In this document: one piece after another, positions 12,026 through 21,916 of the stretch
How positions within the stretch are numbered: position 1 is the stretch's first letter
Layout: the number at the start of each line of letters is the position of its first letter
Assembly (NCBI GenBank): GCA_963778865.1
Contig: CAVZWF010000007.1
Location: 70,086-134,085, forward strand
Direction: 5' to 3'
DNA: 64,000 bases
DNA from: an uncultured beta proteobacterium
GTDB taxonomy: Bacteria > Pseudomonadota > Gammaproteobacteria > Burkholderiales > SG8-41
Program-made: the position numbers and the translations under genes
The notes under the pieces: generated by a model
Databases searched by the model: none
What the model saw: only the letters and a program-made list of their open reading frames with translations
What the model was told of the DNA's origin: nothing

Positions 12026-12135
12026 TCTAGTCCGGCGGCCGCCTGCGCGTCAATGACGATTTTCGCCCGGCTTCGGCGTTCACGCCGCGCGTGTGCGCGA
12101 TTCGCGCCGGGCTTGCGGTATGCCTGTTCACGAAA

Positions 12136-13063
12136 TTATTTTTCCTCGGCTTTCAGTATCGCGAAGGCCTGCTGCAGCACTTTCTCGATGCGAGCCTTTT
12201 CCTTGGCCACGCTCTCGTCGGTCCATTCCCAGATGCCGCGCTTCGTTTTCATGCCGATGTGGCCTTGCGCGATCATGTCTTTCAGAAACTGCGGCGGCTC
12301 CTTCTCGCTGTGCAGGCTCGGATACAGCGAGGTGCCGGCGTACAGATTGGTGTCCCAGCCCGACATTTCCTTTTGCGTCATCGGGCCGCAGGCGAGAAAG
12401 CGAAATCCGAAACCGTAGCGCACCGCGGTATCGATGCCTTCCGGCGACACCACGCCGTCGGCGACGAGGTACAGCGCCTCGCGCATCATCGCGTGCTGCA
12501 AACGGTTGCCGATAAAGCCGGGGATGTCCTTGTTGACGCGCACCGGCGCCTTGCCGAGCGCCTTCTGCTCGACTTCGAGCCGGTCGCCCACCGCCTTGTC
12601 GGTGAAATCGGCCTGTATGATTTCGACCAGCGGCACGAGGTGGGCCGGCATGAAGTAGTGCAGGCCGACCACGCGCGAACGCGTTTTCAGATGCCCGCCG
12701 ATGTCGCCGATCGGAAACGTCGACGTATTGCTCGCGAGCGGAATGTCGGGCCGCGCGAGCGTTTCGAGCCGCGAAAAAAGTTTTTGCTTGAGCGCGAGAT
12801 CCTCGGTCGCCGCTTCGATGACGAGATCGACTTCCTGCCACGGTATGGCATTCGAGATCGGCGTACGTTTTGACGAGTGCCGCGGCGCTGTCCGGCGCGC
12901 CGAGTTTCTCGAGGCCGGCAGTCAGCCGCGCGGGCAGCGAGCCGCGCGTTTTTTCCGACGGGCTCATCACGTGCACGTTCCAGTTGCCGGCGGCGAAAAT
13001 GATGGCGATGTCGCCGCCCATGATGCCGCCGCCGATGATGGCGACGCCCTGTTGCTTGGCCAT
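12136..13063 (-). pseudogene. 3-hydroxyacyl-CoA (3-hydroxybutyryl-CoA) dehydrogenase, one frame change near 12860
   Basis: N-terminus MAKQQGVAIIGGGIMGGDIAIIFAAGNWNVHVM.. (Rossmann fold, ATG 13061-13063, GGAG RBS). This is followed in another frame by ..IPWQEVDLVIEAATEDLALKQKLF..VVGLHYFMPAHLVPLVEII..IGNRLQHAMMREA.. (ORF 12136-12672). Confidence 0.8.
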
Positions 13064-13125
13064 GCAGGTTGCTCCAGAAGACAAAATCGGATTGCGGCGC
13101 CTGCGCGTGGCGCCGCGCGGCGGAC

Positions 13126-13960
13126 CTATTTGGCCGGCGCCGGGGGTTTGGCGCTCGTGCGCGTCGCGCTCCACGCGCCGGCGTTCGCGCCCTTGACCGT
13201 GCCTTCGATCGTCGCACCGTTGACGCGGCCCGTGTACTCGGAGTTGCCCGCGCTGAAGCTCAACTGGTCGCCGCGCAGCCGGCCGTTGCGCACGGCCAGC
13301 GTGTTGCCGCCGGCGCGCAACGTGCCGCTGACCATCTGGAAGGCCTGCGTCAACGCGAGTTCGCCCTGCGCGAATTGCCAGGTGCCTTCGACCTTGGCCG
13401 GCACTATCCACATGTACGCGGTGCGTCCGTCGAACGACTCGGTCTGGTCCGCCGTCCATTCGTCCATCGTGAATGCATGCGACACGATGCGCGTGCCGGG
13501 CTTCAAGTCGAGGATTTTCGGGCGCAGCTTCAGGTTGATGTTGGGCAGCAGGTACATGGTGATCACGGTGGCCTGCGAAAAATCGCTTTCGAAGAGATCG
13601 GCCTTCATGAAATTGGCTTTGCCGGCAACGCCTTCCTTGTCGGCGTTGCGCTTCGAGAGTTCGACCATGTCCGGGTTGTATTCGATGCCGAGCGCGCGCG
13701 CGCCGCGCTTGGCCGCGGCGATCACGGTGCGGCCGTCGCCCGAGCCCAGGTCGATCACGTAATCGGCGGACGTGACTTTCGTCATGTCGAGCATCTTGTC
13801 GATGAGTCCCTGCGGCGTCGGCACCCAGATGACATCCTTGCCTTCCTGGCCGACCTGCGGCTCGAATTCCTTCTTGGCGGGCTGCGCGCAGACGCCCGCG
13901 GCGACGCAGGCACAGCAGAAATGTTAACCACGAACGACGCAGAACTTGTGCAGCCGGCAT
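13126..13960 (-). pseudogene. Class I SAM-dependent methyltransferase with N-terminal signal/anchor, paralog 2; one frame change near 13895
   Basis: ATG at 13958-13960 follows GGGAGAA. MPAAQVLRRSWLTFLLCL.. shifts into ..VAAGVCAQPAKKEFEPQVGQEGKDVIWVPTPQGLIDKMLDM..VIDLGSGDGRTVIAAAKRGA..LKPGTRIVSHAF.. plus a C-terminal domain ..YTGRVNGATIEGTV.. (ORF 13126-13824). Confidence 0.7.
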
Positions 13961-14009
13961 GCCGATTCTCCCTTGATCAGATTTTCGAATGGCGTGTGCG
14001 AGCGCCGGG

Positions 14010-14849
14010 TCAGCGGCGCGTGGCGCTCCACTTGGCCGTGTTGCCGCCCGTGTTGACGGTGCCCTCGATGGTGTTGCCGTTGACGCGCCCCGTGTAATTG
14101 GCGCCGCCCGCGCTGAAGCTGAACTGGTCGGCGCGCAGCTTGGCGTTCGCAATCGGCAGCGCAGTTGGCGCCGGACTTCAGCGTGCCCTGCACCATCTGG
14201 AACTCCTGTTTCAGCGTCAGATCGCCCTGCGCGGAATGCCACGTGCCGGCGACCTTGGCGGGCACGATCCACAGGTGCGCGGTGCAATAGTAGCTGCAGC
14301 CCGCGCTCTCCTCGACCGTCGCGGTCTCGTCGTCCTTCCACTCGCCCATGGTGAATGTATTGGACACGATGCGCGTGCCGGGCTTCAGGTCGAGGATTTT
14401 CGGGCGCAGCTTCAAATTGATGTCGGGCAGCAGGAACATCGTAATCACGGTGGCGTGCGAGAAATCGGTTTCGAACAAATCCGCTTTTACGAAAGTCGCC
14501 TTGTCGGTCACACCCGCCTTGGCCGCGTTGCGCCTTCGACAGTTCGACCATGTCGGGATTGTATTCGATGCCGGTCGAGCGCGCGCCGCGCTTGGCGGCG
14601 GTGATCACGGTGCGGCCGTCGCCCGAGCCGAGATCCATGTGAATATCGCTCGGCGGTCGAGCTTGCGCCATGTCGAGCATCTTGTCGACCAGCGCCTGCG
14701 AGGTCGGCACCCACACGACGTCCTTGCCCGGCTGGCCCGAGTACGGCTCGAACGGTTTTTCGGCGGGTTGTGCGAGCGCAACCGTCGCGGTCAACAGCAG
14801 TGCAACGGCGGCGAGCCGTGAGACGTAAATTGTCGAAGTGCGTTCATCA
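14010..14849 (-). pseudogene. Class I SAM-dependent methyltransferase with N-terminal signal/anchor, paralog 1; at least 3 frame changes
   Basis: ATGATG at 14844-14849 follows GGGAGAA. The pieces are ..RLAAVALLLTATVALAQPAEKPFEPYSGQPGKDVVWVPTSQALVDKMLDM..MDLGSGDGRTVITAAKRGA.. and ORF 13924-14511 (..VTDKATFVKADLFETDF..LKPGTRIVSNTF..). The tail ..ALPIANAKLRADQFSFSAGGANYTGRVNGNTIEGTV..WSATRR ends at TGA 14010-14012. Confidence 0.65.
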
Positions 14850-14888
14850 TCGATTCTCCCTTTAGTTGAAACAGGTGTTGCCTGAATT

Positions 14889-15849
14889 TTATTCCGGCCG
14901 CGCGCCCGATGCCCTGACCACCGGCGCCCAGCGCGCGATTTCGGCCTTGATATGCGCGCCGAATTCCTCGGGCGTGTTGCCGACCGGTACCGTGCCATCG
15001 GCGGCGAGCCGCTCCCTGACCTCGGGCTGGCGCAGCGCCCTGACTATCTCGGCGTTGAGCTTCAACACGATGTCGCGCGGGGTCGCCGCAGGCGCCAGTA
15101 TCCCATACCATTGGGTTGCTTCGTAGCCCGCCACGCCCGCTTCGATGATGGTCGGCACGTCCGGCAGCACGGCGAGGCGCTTGGCGGTGCCCACCGCGAT
15201 GCAGGCGCAGCTTTTCCGACTTGATATGCGGCATCAGCGCCGCCATGCCGGTGATCATCAGCGACGTTTGGCCCGCGATCAGATCGTAGATGGCCGGCCC
15301 GGTGCCTTTGTACGGAATATGCGTCAGTTTCACCTTGGCGAGCAACTCGAAATACACCATGGCGAGGTGGGCGGCGCTGCCGCTGCCGCCCGAGCCGTAC
15401 AAGAGCTGCCCCGGCTTGGCGCGCGCGATCGCGAGAACGTCCCTGACCGAACGCACCGGCAGCGCCGGATGCACGACCATGCCGTTGGGGACCATCGCCG
15501 AGCAGCGTGATCGGCGCAAAGTCCTTGATCGCGTCGTACGGCAACTTCGGATACAGCGTCGGGTTGGCGCCGAACGTGCCGATATGCCCCATCACCATCG
15601 TGTAGCCGTCGGGCGCCGCGCGCGCGGCCAGCTCGACGCCTATCGTGCCGCCGGCGCCGCCGCGGTTCTCGACGATGACCTGCTGGCCCCACGCTTCGGT
15701 CAGCTTTGCGCGCGATGATGCGCGCGAGCAGATCCGTGCTGCCGCCGGGCGGAAACGGCGCGATCAGCCGGATCGGCTTGGACGGATAAGTTTGCGCGGC
15801 CGACGTGCCGGTGGCGCACGATCAGGGTCGCGGCAATCGTTATCGCCAT
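14889..15849 (-). pseudogene. Bug/TctC-family tripartite tricarboxylate receptor 1; several frame changes
   Basis: The pieces are MAITIAATLIV.., ..[44 protein letters not shown].., ORF 15062-15598 (MVMGHIGTFGANPTLYPKLPYDAIKDFAPI), ORF 14791-15519 (..VVHPALPVRSVRDVLAIARAKPGQLLYGSGGSGSAAHLAM..HIPYKGTGPAIYDLIAGQ) and ORF 14889-15194 (..LPDVPTIIEAGVAGYEATQWYGILAPAATP..). Confidence 0.75.
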
Positions 15850-15886
15850 GATGTCGCGGATCGCCTTTTTGTGCGCTACGCGTCGC

Positions 15887-15921
15887 CCTTCACCGTTCAC
15901 CGCTTACCGCTTACGACTCAC
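15887..15921 (-). repeat. Five tandem heptads; on the minus (coding) strand GTGAGTC GTAAGCG GTAAGCG GTGAACG GTGAAGG
   Basis: The plus strand reads ccttcac cgttcac cgcttac cgcttac gactcac. The array starts at the likely true stop codon (TGA, 15918-15920) of the CoA-transferase gene. TGA/TAA recur every 7 nt. Confidence 0.8.
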
Positions 15922-15927
15922 GTTTTC

Positions 15928-17133
15928 TCAAGCCTGCCATCCACCGCAATGCCGGCGGTCACCATCGCGGCGATCGCCGGCTTCGTCGTAGCCCGCTTCG
16001 CGCAGCACCTCGACCGTGTGCTGGCCGACTTTCGGCGCCGGCATGAAGTCGCTGCGCGAACCGGCGGTGGATTTGTTCGGCAGCGCCATGTCGATCATGC
16101 GGCCTTCGGTCGGATGATCGAACTTGCGGAAGAAACCGACGTCCTTGAGATGCGGGTCCTCCATCAGCGATTCCAGCGTGTGGTATTGCATCGCCGGCAC
16201 ATCCATCTTGTCGAATATCGCGATCCATTCGGCGTTGGTTTTCTGCTTGAGTCCTTCCGCGCGCGCGGCGAAATATTCCGGCACGTGCTTGAAGCGCGCC
16301 GCGACCGAACAGAAGCGCGGATCGGTTTTGTACTCGGGCTTGCCGATCGCGTCGAACACCGCGAAGGCCTGCGCGTCGGTGTTCGCCGACACGCAGATAT
16401 AGCCGTCCTTGGTCGGCACCGGGCGCGCGCCCGGATCGAAGAGGCGCGGGTCGCCGGTGGTGCCGATCGGCGGATCGAACGTCTGGTGGTACATGTGCTC
16501 TTCGAGCACGAAGCGCGCGATGTTCTCGAACATCGGCACTTCGATAGCCTGGCCTTCGCCGGTGCGCTCGCGGTGATAGAGCGCCATCAGCACCATTTGC
16601 GTGGCGATGAGGCCCGTGGTCTTGTCGGCCATCACGATGGGCACGAAGCGCGGCTCGCCGGTCGCGCGATGATGCAGCGCTGCGATGCCGCCCGCGCCCT
16701 GGATGATGGAGTCGTAGGCGGGCTTGTTGCGATAGCGCCCGGTCTGGCCGAAGCCGACGATGCCGCAGTAGATGATTTTCGGATTGATCGCCTTGACGTC
16801 TTCGTAGGAAAGCTTCAGCCGCGCCATCGCCGACGGGCGCACGTTCCACAGTAGGATGTCCGCGGTCGCGAGCAGCTTCGTCAGCGCGTCGTAGGCCGCC
16901 GGTTTTTTGAGATCGATCGCGAGCGAGCGCTTGTTGCGGTTCAGGTGCAGAAACTTCGGCGACATGTTGGGCGTGATCGCGCGGCCCGCGAGGTTGCGCA
17001 CGATGTCGCCCGACGGCGGCTCGACCTTGATCACGTCGGCGCCGTAGTCGGCGAGCATCAGCGTGACCATGGGCCCGACCACGACCGACGTCATGTCGAT
17101 GACGCGCACGCCGGCGAGAGGACCGCCGGCCAT
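15928..17133 (-). CDS. Family III (CaiB/BaiF) CoA-transferase 1; probable 1-nt indel near 15975 affecting only the last ~20 aa
   Basis: 401-aa ORF reading MAGGPLAGVRVIDMTSVVVGPMVTLMLADYGADVIKVEPPSGD..SIIQGAGGIAALHH... The as-given tail is ..YDEAGDRRDGDRRHCGGWQA. The alternative frame gives the family-typical ..YDEAAIAAMVTAGIAVDGRLEKT, ending at 15918. Confidence 0.85.
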   Translation of the reverse strand: MAGGPLAGVRVIDMTSVVVGPMVTLMLADYGADVIKVEPPSGDIVRNLAGRAITPNMSPKFLHLNRNKRSLAIDLKKPAAYDALTKLLATADILLWNVRPSAMARLKLSYEDVKAINPKIIYCGIVGFGQTGRYRNKPAYDSIIQGAGGIAALHHRATGEPRFVPIVMADKTTGLIATQMVLMALYHRERTGEGQAIEVPMFENIARFVLEEHMYHQTFDPPIGTTGDPRLFDPGARPVPTKDGYICVSANTDAQAFAVFDAIGKPEYKTDPRFCSVAARFKHVPEYFAARAEGLKQKTNAEWIAIFDKMDVPAMQYHTLESLMEDPHLKDVGFFRKFDHPTEGRMIDMALPNKSTAGSRSDFMPAPKVGQHTVEVLREAGYDEAGDRRDGDRRHCGGWQA

Positions 17134-17167
17134 TACTGCACCACGCCGGCAAGCACTTCGCCGGCCA

Positions 17168-18019
17168 TCATTTAAACTCCGCGCTGGCGTTGGTCGCGAG
17201 CGCGCCGCTGTGGTCCATCGTCCACAGCTTCGCGCTCTTGCCGTCGGCGGACGGCTCGCCGCACAGCGTGAACGGCTGGTCGGCGAACATCGGGCGCACG
17301 TTGCGCACCGTGATGTACTTGATCGGCGTTGCGGCGTTCGCGCGCGCGAGTTCGAACAGCAGGAGATTGGTGAGGCCGCCGTTCTGCACGAGTCCCGGAT
17401 AGCCTTCCTTCTGCGTCACGTACGGATAATCGTAATGGATGCGGTGGCCGTTGAACGTGAGCGCCGAATAGCGGAACAGCACCACGGGATCGGGATTGAA
17501 GACTTTGCTCCACACCGCCTTGCCGAGCGCGGGCTGCGGCGACGCCTTCGGCGCGTTGGGGTCCGGTTCTTCGCGGTAGACGACATCCATCTCTTCGCTG
17601 ATCGCCAGCCCGCGCGGGCTCAGCATGTCGGTCTTGACGGTGACGAACACCATCTGCCCGTTGCGGCCCGACTTGATGATGACGTCCTTGATCGTGGCTT
17701 CCTTCTTCACCTCGTCGCCCACGCGCAGCGCGTCGTGCATCCACGTGCGGCGGCCGGCGTTCATGCGGCGCGGCAGCGGCACCGGCGGCAGAAAGTCGCC
17801 GCGCGTCGGGTGGCCGTCGTGGCCGATCTGCGACTGGCGCACCACGCGCGGGAACAGTATCGTGTGCCAGCCCGGCGGCAGCGGGTCGCCGAATTTCGGC
17901 ACGGGGTCGTCGCGGTCGAGCGTCGCCGCGAGGCGATGCACGGCGGGGATGGTCACGTAATCGACGTCGGTTTCGCGCTCGCCGATCCAGTCTTTGAGTT
18001 GCTCGAGGTTCTGCGCCAC
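17168..18019 (-). CDS. MaoC-like / FAS1-like double hot-dog hydratase (itaconyl-/mesaconyl-CoA hydratase-like)
   Basis: Intact 283-aa ORF reading ..LPPGWHTILFPRVVRQSQIGHDGHPTRGDFLPPVPLPRRMNAGRR..LFRYSALTFNGHRIHYDYPYVTQKEGYPGLVQNGGLT... It lies directly downstream of a Bug gene and upstream of the CoA-transferase. Confidence 0.7.
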   Translation of the reverse strand: MAQNLEQLKDWIGERETDVDYVTIPAVHRLAATLDRDDPVPKFGDPLPPGWHTILFPRVVRQSQIGHDGHPTRGDFLPPVPLPRRMNAGRRTWMHDALRVGDEVKKEATIKDVIIKSGRNGQMVFVTVKTDMLSPRGLAISEEMDVVYREEPDPNAPKASPQPALGKAVWSKVFNPDPVVLFRYSALTFNGHRIHYDYPYVTQKEGYPGLVQNGGLTNLLLFELARANAATPIKYITVRNVRPMFADQPFTLCGEPSADGKSAKLWTMDHSGALATNASAEFK

Positions 18020-18166
18020 AGTTGCGGTCTCCTTGCGGCGGGCGTGATCATGAATATGGGAGGCGTGATTCTAGCAATGTTTCCACGCTGCCCGTTGTCC
18101 TTCAAGCCGCGGGCTTGAAAACAATGGCGCGTTACGGTTCGCGGTTGATGCCGGCGGACTTTAAGC

Positions 18167-19136
18167 CTATTCAGCGCGCATGCCGGTGTCTTTGACGACC
18201 TTGCCCCACTTCACGATTTCCTCTTTGATGTAGGCGGCGAAATGCTCGGGCGTGTCGCCGACCGGATCCACACCTTCGGCGGCGAAGCGTTCAAGCAGCG
18301 CCGGCGTGCGCAGTATCCTTGACGATCTCGCGATTGAGGGTCGTCACGATGACGGCGGGTGTCTTTGCCGGCACCAGCACGCCGAACCACGGGCTCACTT
18401 CGTAGCCGGGCACGCCCGACTCGATCACGGTCGGCGCGTCAGGCAGGGCGGCCGTGCGCGTTTTGCCCGTGACGCCGATCGCGCGCACGCGATTGCTCTT
18501 GATATAGGCGAGCACGCTCGGAATGCCGGTGAACATCACCTGCACCTGGCCGCCGATCAGATCGGTGACCGCCGGCGTGCTGCCTTTGTACGGGATGTGC
18601 ATGAGTTTCACGCCGGCGGCGGTGTTGAACATTTCCGCGGCGAAGTGGGGCGCGCTGCCGTTGCCGCCGGAGGCGTAATTGATCTGCCCGGGCCGCGCTT
18701 TCGCCAGCGCGATCAGTTCCTTCACCGAATTCGCCGCCACCGACGGATGCACGACGAGCACGTACGGGCTCGCGATGAGCATGGTGACCGGCGCGAAATC
18801 GCGCACCGGATCGTACGGCAGGTTGCGCTGCAGGTGCGGGCTCAACGCGAGCGTGCCGGTGCCGCCCATTACCAGCGTGTAGCCGTCGGGCGCCGCGCGC
18901 GCGCCGGTTTCGGTGCCTATGGTGCCGCCCGAGCCGGTGCGGTTGTCGATGACGATCTGCTGGCCGAAATGATCGGCGAGTTTTTGCGCGACGGCGCGGC
19001 CCGCGGTGTCTATGCTGCCGCCGGCGGGATAGGGCATGATCAGGCGGATCGGCTTGTCGGGATACGCCGCCAGCGCGTTCGACAGCGTGAACAAACCGCT
19101 CGCGAGCAACGCGGCCGTGCGAATAACGGTGCGCAT
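18167..19136 (-). pseudogene. Bug/TctC-family receptor 2; one frame change near 18322 (extra G)
   Basis: ORF 18291-19136 reads MRTVIRTAALLASGLFTLSNALAAYPDKPIRLIMPYPAGGSIDTAGR..HIPYKGSTPAVTDLIGGQ..REIVK. It then shifts to ..ILRTPALLERFAAEGVDPVGDTPEHFAAYIKEEIVKWGKVVKDTGMRAE, ending at TAG 18167-18169. Confidence 0.8.
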
Positions 19137-19149
19137 ATCCGACCGCCTT

Positions 19150-20466
19150 CTATGCGCGCCCGCCGAGCATGACGCCGCGGCAGATCGCTTCGAACTCGGC
19201 GAACGTGAGGTAGTGCGTTTCGTAGTTGCTCGCGACCGCGGCGCGCGCGCGCAGCAGAATGCGCTGAAACTGCTCCTCGGAGACTTCGAGGCCGAGATCG
19301 CGCACGATGTCGCGCAGAAACACCGGGTCGTCGGTGTGCGCGCTGCTGCGCTCGCGGCCGAACAGGATTTTGCCGCCGATCACGTTTTCGAATTCGCGGC
19401 CGACCACCCGCGGCGCGATGCCGATGGTGGATTCGGCGTCCGCACTGCCTTCGTGATGGCCGACGCCTTCTTCCTTGTTCCAGTTTTCGCCGACGATGGG
19501 TTTCCACGGCGGCAACTTGATGCCGTAGGCCTGCTGCACGTAGCGGCAAAGTTCGTAGAGCGCTTCGAGCTTGATGCCGGTCGCAATCCCGTACATTTCG
19601 AAGAGCGCCGCCGCTTCTTCGAGCGCGACACAGCCGCCGCGGTCGCCGATGCCGATGACCGAGGCGTCGATCCAGTTGGCGCCGCCTTCGACCGCCGCCA
19701 TCGCGTTGGCGGTGGCGACGCCCAGATCGTTGTGGTGCTGCACGTAAACGTCGCACTTTTCGCCGACCGCCGCGCGCACGCGGCGGATGAACGTGCGGGT
19801 GGCGAGCGGCGTGCTGTTGCCGCGGCTGTCGACGACGTAAACGCCGTCGGCGCCCGCGTCGGCCATCGCCTTGAAGAAGAGGCACGCGGTAGCGACCGGC
19901 GAACGCATGCTGTCGACCATCCACGGCACCACGCGAATTTTCTGGCGTTTCATGTACGCGACGCTTTCGAGAATCGCGTCGACGACCATCTGCTTCGTGA
20001 GTTCGCCGGCGAAGTCCGACAGCGTGTCGGCGTAGTCCCACTTCACGATCGGGCTTATCACGTCGGCACCCAGATCGATGTGGCGGTCGATCGCGCCGCG
20101 CCAGTCGCCTTTGAGCGGCGGCTTCACGCCGGGGCCCTTGGCGACGAGGCGCGTGCGCACGCCGAGGCTGCGGCACGCCTTGATCATGTCGCGCTCCTCG
20201 CTGAACGTGGCGTGGCTCGGCAGCGTGATTTCGCCGACGCCGATCGCATCGAGGCGCTCGATCACGCCCAGGCGCGTGTTCCAGTTCAGCTGGTGGCCGA
20301 CGCAATCGTCGCCTTCGCTGATCGTGCAGTCGATGAACTGTATGCGTTGCGGCATGCCCGCGCGCGCGGCCATCGATTCGTCGTCCCAGTAGGCGGGATT
20401 GACGAGCCATTTGCCGGGCGCGTGCCAGGGTTTTTTGCCGTTTGCAGCGGGAGATTTCTGCGCCAT
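19150..20466 (-). CDS. HMGL-like / pyruvate carboxyltransferase-domain (DRE-TIM metallolyase) enzyme with N- and C-terminal extensions
   Basis: Intact 438-aa ORF reading ..IQFIDCTISEGDDCVGHQLNWNTRLGVIERLDAIGVGEITLPSH..VYVVDSRGNSTPLATRTFIRRVRAAVGEKCDVYVQHHNDLGVATANAMAAVEGGANWIDASVIGIGDRGGCVALEE... Confidence 0.7.
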   Translation of the reverse strand: MAQKSPAANGKKPWHAPGKWLVNPAYWDDESMAARAGMPQRIQFIDCTISEGDDCVGHQLNWNTRLGVIERLDAIGVGEITLPSHATFSEERDMIKACRSLGVRTRLVAKGPGVKPPLKGDWRGAIDRHIDLGADVISPIVKWDYADTLSDFAGELTKQMVVDAILESVAYMKRQKIRVVPWMVDSMRSPVATACLFFKAMADAGADGVYVVDSRGNSTPLATRTFIRRVRAAVGEKCDVYVQHHNDLGVATANAMAAVEGGANWIDASVIGIGDRGGCVALEEAAALFEMYGIATGIKLEALYELCRYVQQAYGIKLPPWKPIVGENWNKEEGVGHHEGSADAESTIGIAPRVVGREFENVIGGKILFGRERSSAHTDDPVFLRDIVRDLGLEVSEEQFQRILLRARAAVASNYETHYLTFAEFEAICRGVMLGGRA

Positions 20467-20500
20467 AGTGTTATTCCGTGAATATTATGAAGCAGGCCGC

Positions 20501-21867
20501 TTACCGCTCGCAGCGCGCGATGTCCATGATTTCGGTTACGTCGGTCAGAGCGTCGAGTCGTTCGACCAGTTCGAGCATGCGCTGCGCACGGGCGTCGTCG
20601 AGTACGCGCCGCGTACAGCCGAAAAACTTCTTCAACCTTTGCTCGCGCGTCAGCGGCGAGCCGATCCAGCCGGAGAGTTTGTCCACGCGCTTGCTCAAAT
20701 GCCTGCCCGTCCTTGAGCCAGACGCTGACGATCATGTGCATCTGATCGAAGTCCGGCGGTATCGAGTCGTCGACGACGAGCTTCACGCGCGGCAGCAGCG
20801 CCTCGATATCCGGCGCGAAACGCCGCTCGTTGGTGAATGAATCGATGCGTGACTTCGCCGTCGAGAAGTGCAACGAGTGTTGCGTACTGCACGCTGAACT
20901 TGCCGTCGAGACCCGTTTGCGGAAGCGGGCGGTTCACGTAGTCGAAGCGCGGAAAGACCACTTCGACGCGCTCGATCGCGTCAGGCTTGAATGCGAATTC
21001 CTCGCGCAACGCGAGTGCCGCGTCGATCGGCCGGTGCGTGAAGTAATTGCTCGGGTGCTTCTTGAAGCCGACACCGGGATCCACCATGCGCAGCGGCGCT
21101 GCAAAACCTTCGACGAGCAGTTCGGGTTTCGCATCGCCGCCGAAGAACGTGTCGAAAAAACCTTTCGGCCCGAATACGTCGGCACTCGCGGTCCAGCCCA
21201 TTTTCGCGAGCACGCCGCATTCCACCCCCATGCGCGCCGCGTGTCCCGAGTGCGACGACTTGGTCATGGTGCCGGTGTTGATCGAAATGCTGCCGGCGCG
21301 CGAGCCCGCGAGCCCGAACGCCATCAGCGTTTGCTGCGTATCGAGGTCCAGCATTTTCGCCGCCGCGGTCGCCGCGCCGAACAGGCCGGTGGTGCCGGGC
21401 TTGTGAAAGCCGGCGCCGGTTTTGAGTCCCGTCGCCGCGATGCGCAAGCGTCCCTGCACTTCGAACGCCGCAGCGATGGCAGTCGATGATTTTTTTGCCG
21501 GCAGCTTGTAGTGCTCCGCAATGGCGAGGATCGCCGGCAGCGTCGGCGAAGTCGGATGGTTGAGCGGATACCACGTATTGTCGAAATCGAGCGCGTGCGC
21601 GAGCGTGCCGTTCACGTACGCGGCGTTGAGCATGGACGTCTTGAAGCCGCCGGCGATCACCGACGCCTGCGGCGTGCCGCCCATCTCGCGCACGTAGTCG
21701 ATGGAAATACGACCCACGCCCAGCGGCTCGTCCGCGCCCGCGAGCATGACGGCAAGGCCGTCGAGCGTCACCGCTTTGGCCATGTCGACCGCCGCCGGCG
21801 GCAGCGATGCGTAGTCGAGCGCGAGGACTTTGTCGACCAGCGTCGCGGTGATGGTTTTGTTCGTCAT
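20501..21867 (-). pseudogene. MmgE/PrpD-family (2-methylcitrate dehydratase-like) protein; two frame changes (about 20870 and about 20700)
   Basis: MTNKTITATLVDKVLALDYASLPPAAVDMAKAVTLDGLAVMLAG..HKPGTTGLFGAATAAAKML..SSHSGHAARMGVECGVLA.. lies inside ORF 20695-21951. It continues as ..SRIDSFTNERRFAPDIEALLPRVKLVVDDSIPPDFDQMHMIVSVWLKDGQAFEQ (ORF 20286-20873) and then ORF 20501-20698. Confidence 0.8.
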
Positions 21868-21916
21868 AGTTTTTGAAGCAATATAAAAGATCCAACCCTT
21901 TAAACCGAAAGGCAAG

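Noticed and set aside
12128-14998. 956-aa minus-strand ORF that looks like one giant protein
   Set aside because: It is a stop-free frame running through four different genes (dehydrogenase, two methyltransferases, Bug). It is in the correct frame only for short stretches of each, so it is not a real fusion.
15887-15921. Short tandem repeats (here, 21917-21947 and 59635-59700) as possible CRISPR arrays
   Set aside because: The units are 7-10 nt, directly abutting, with no spacers. There are at most 5 copies and no cas genes in the window.
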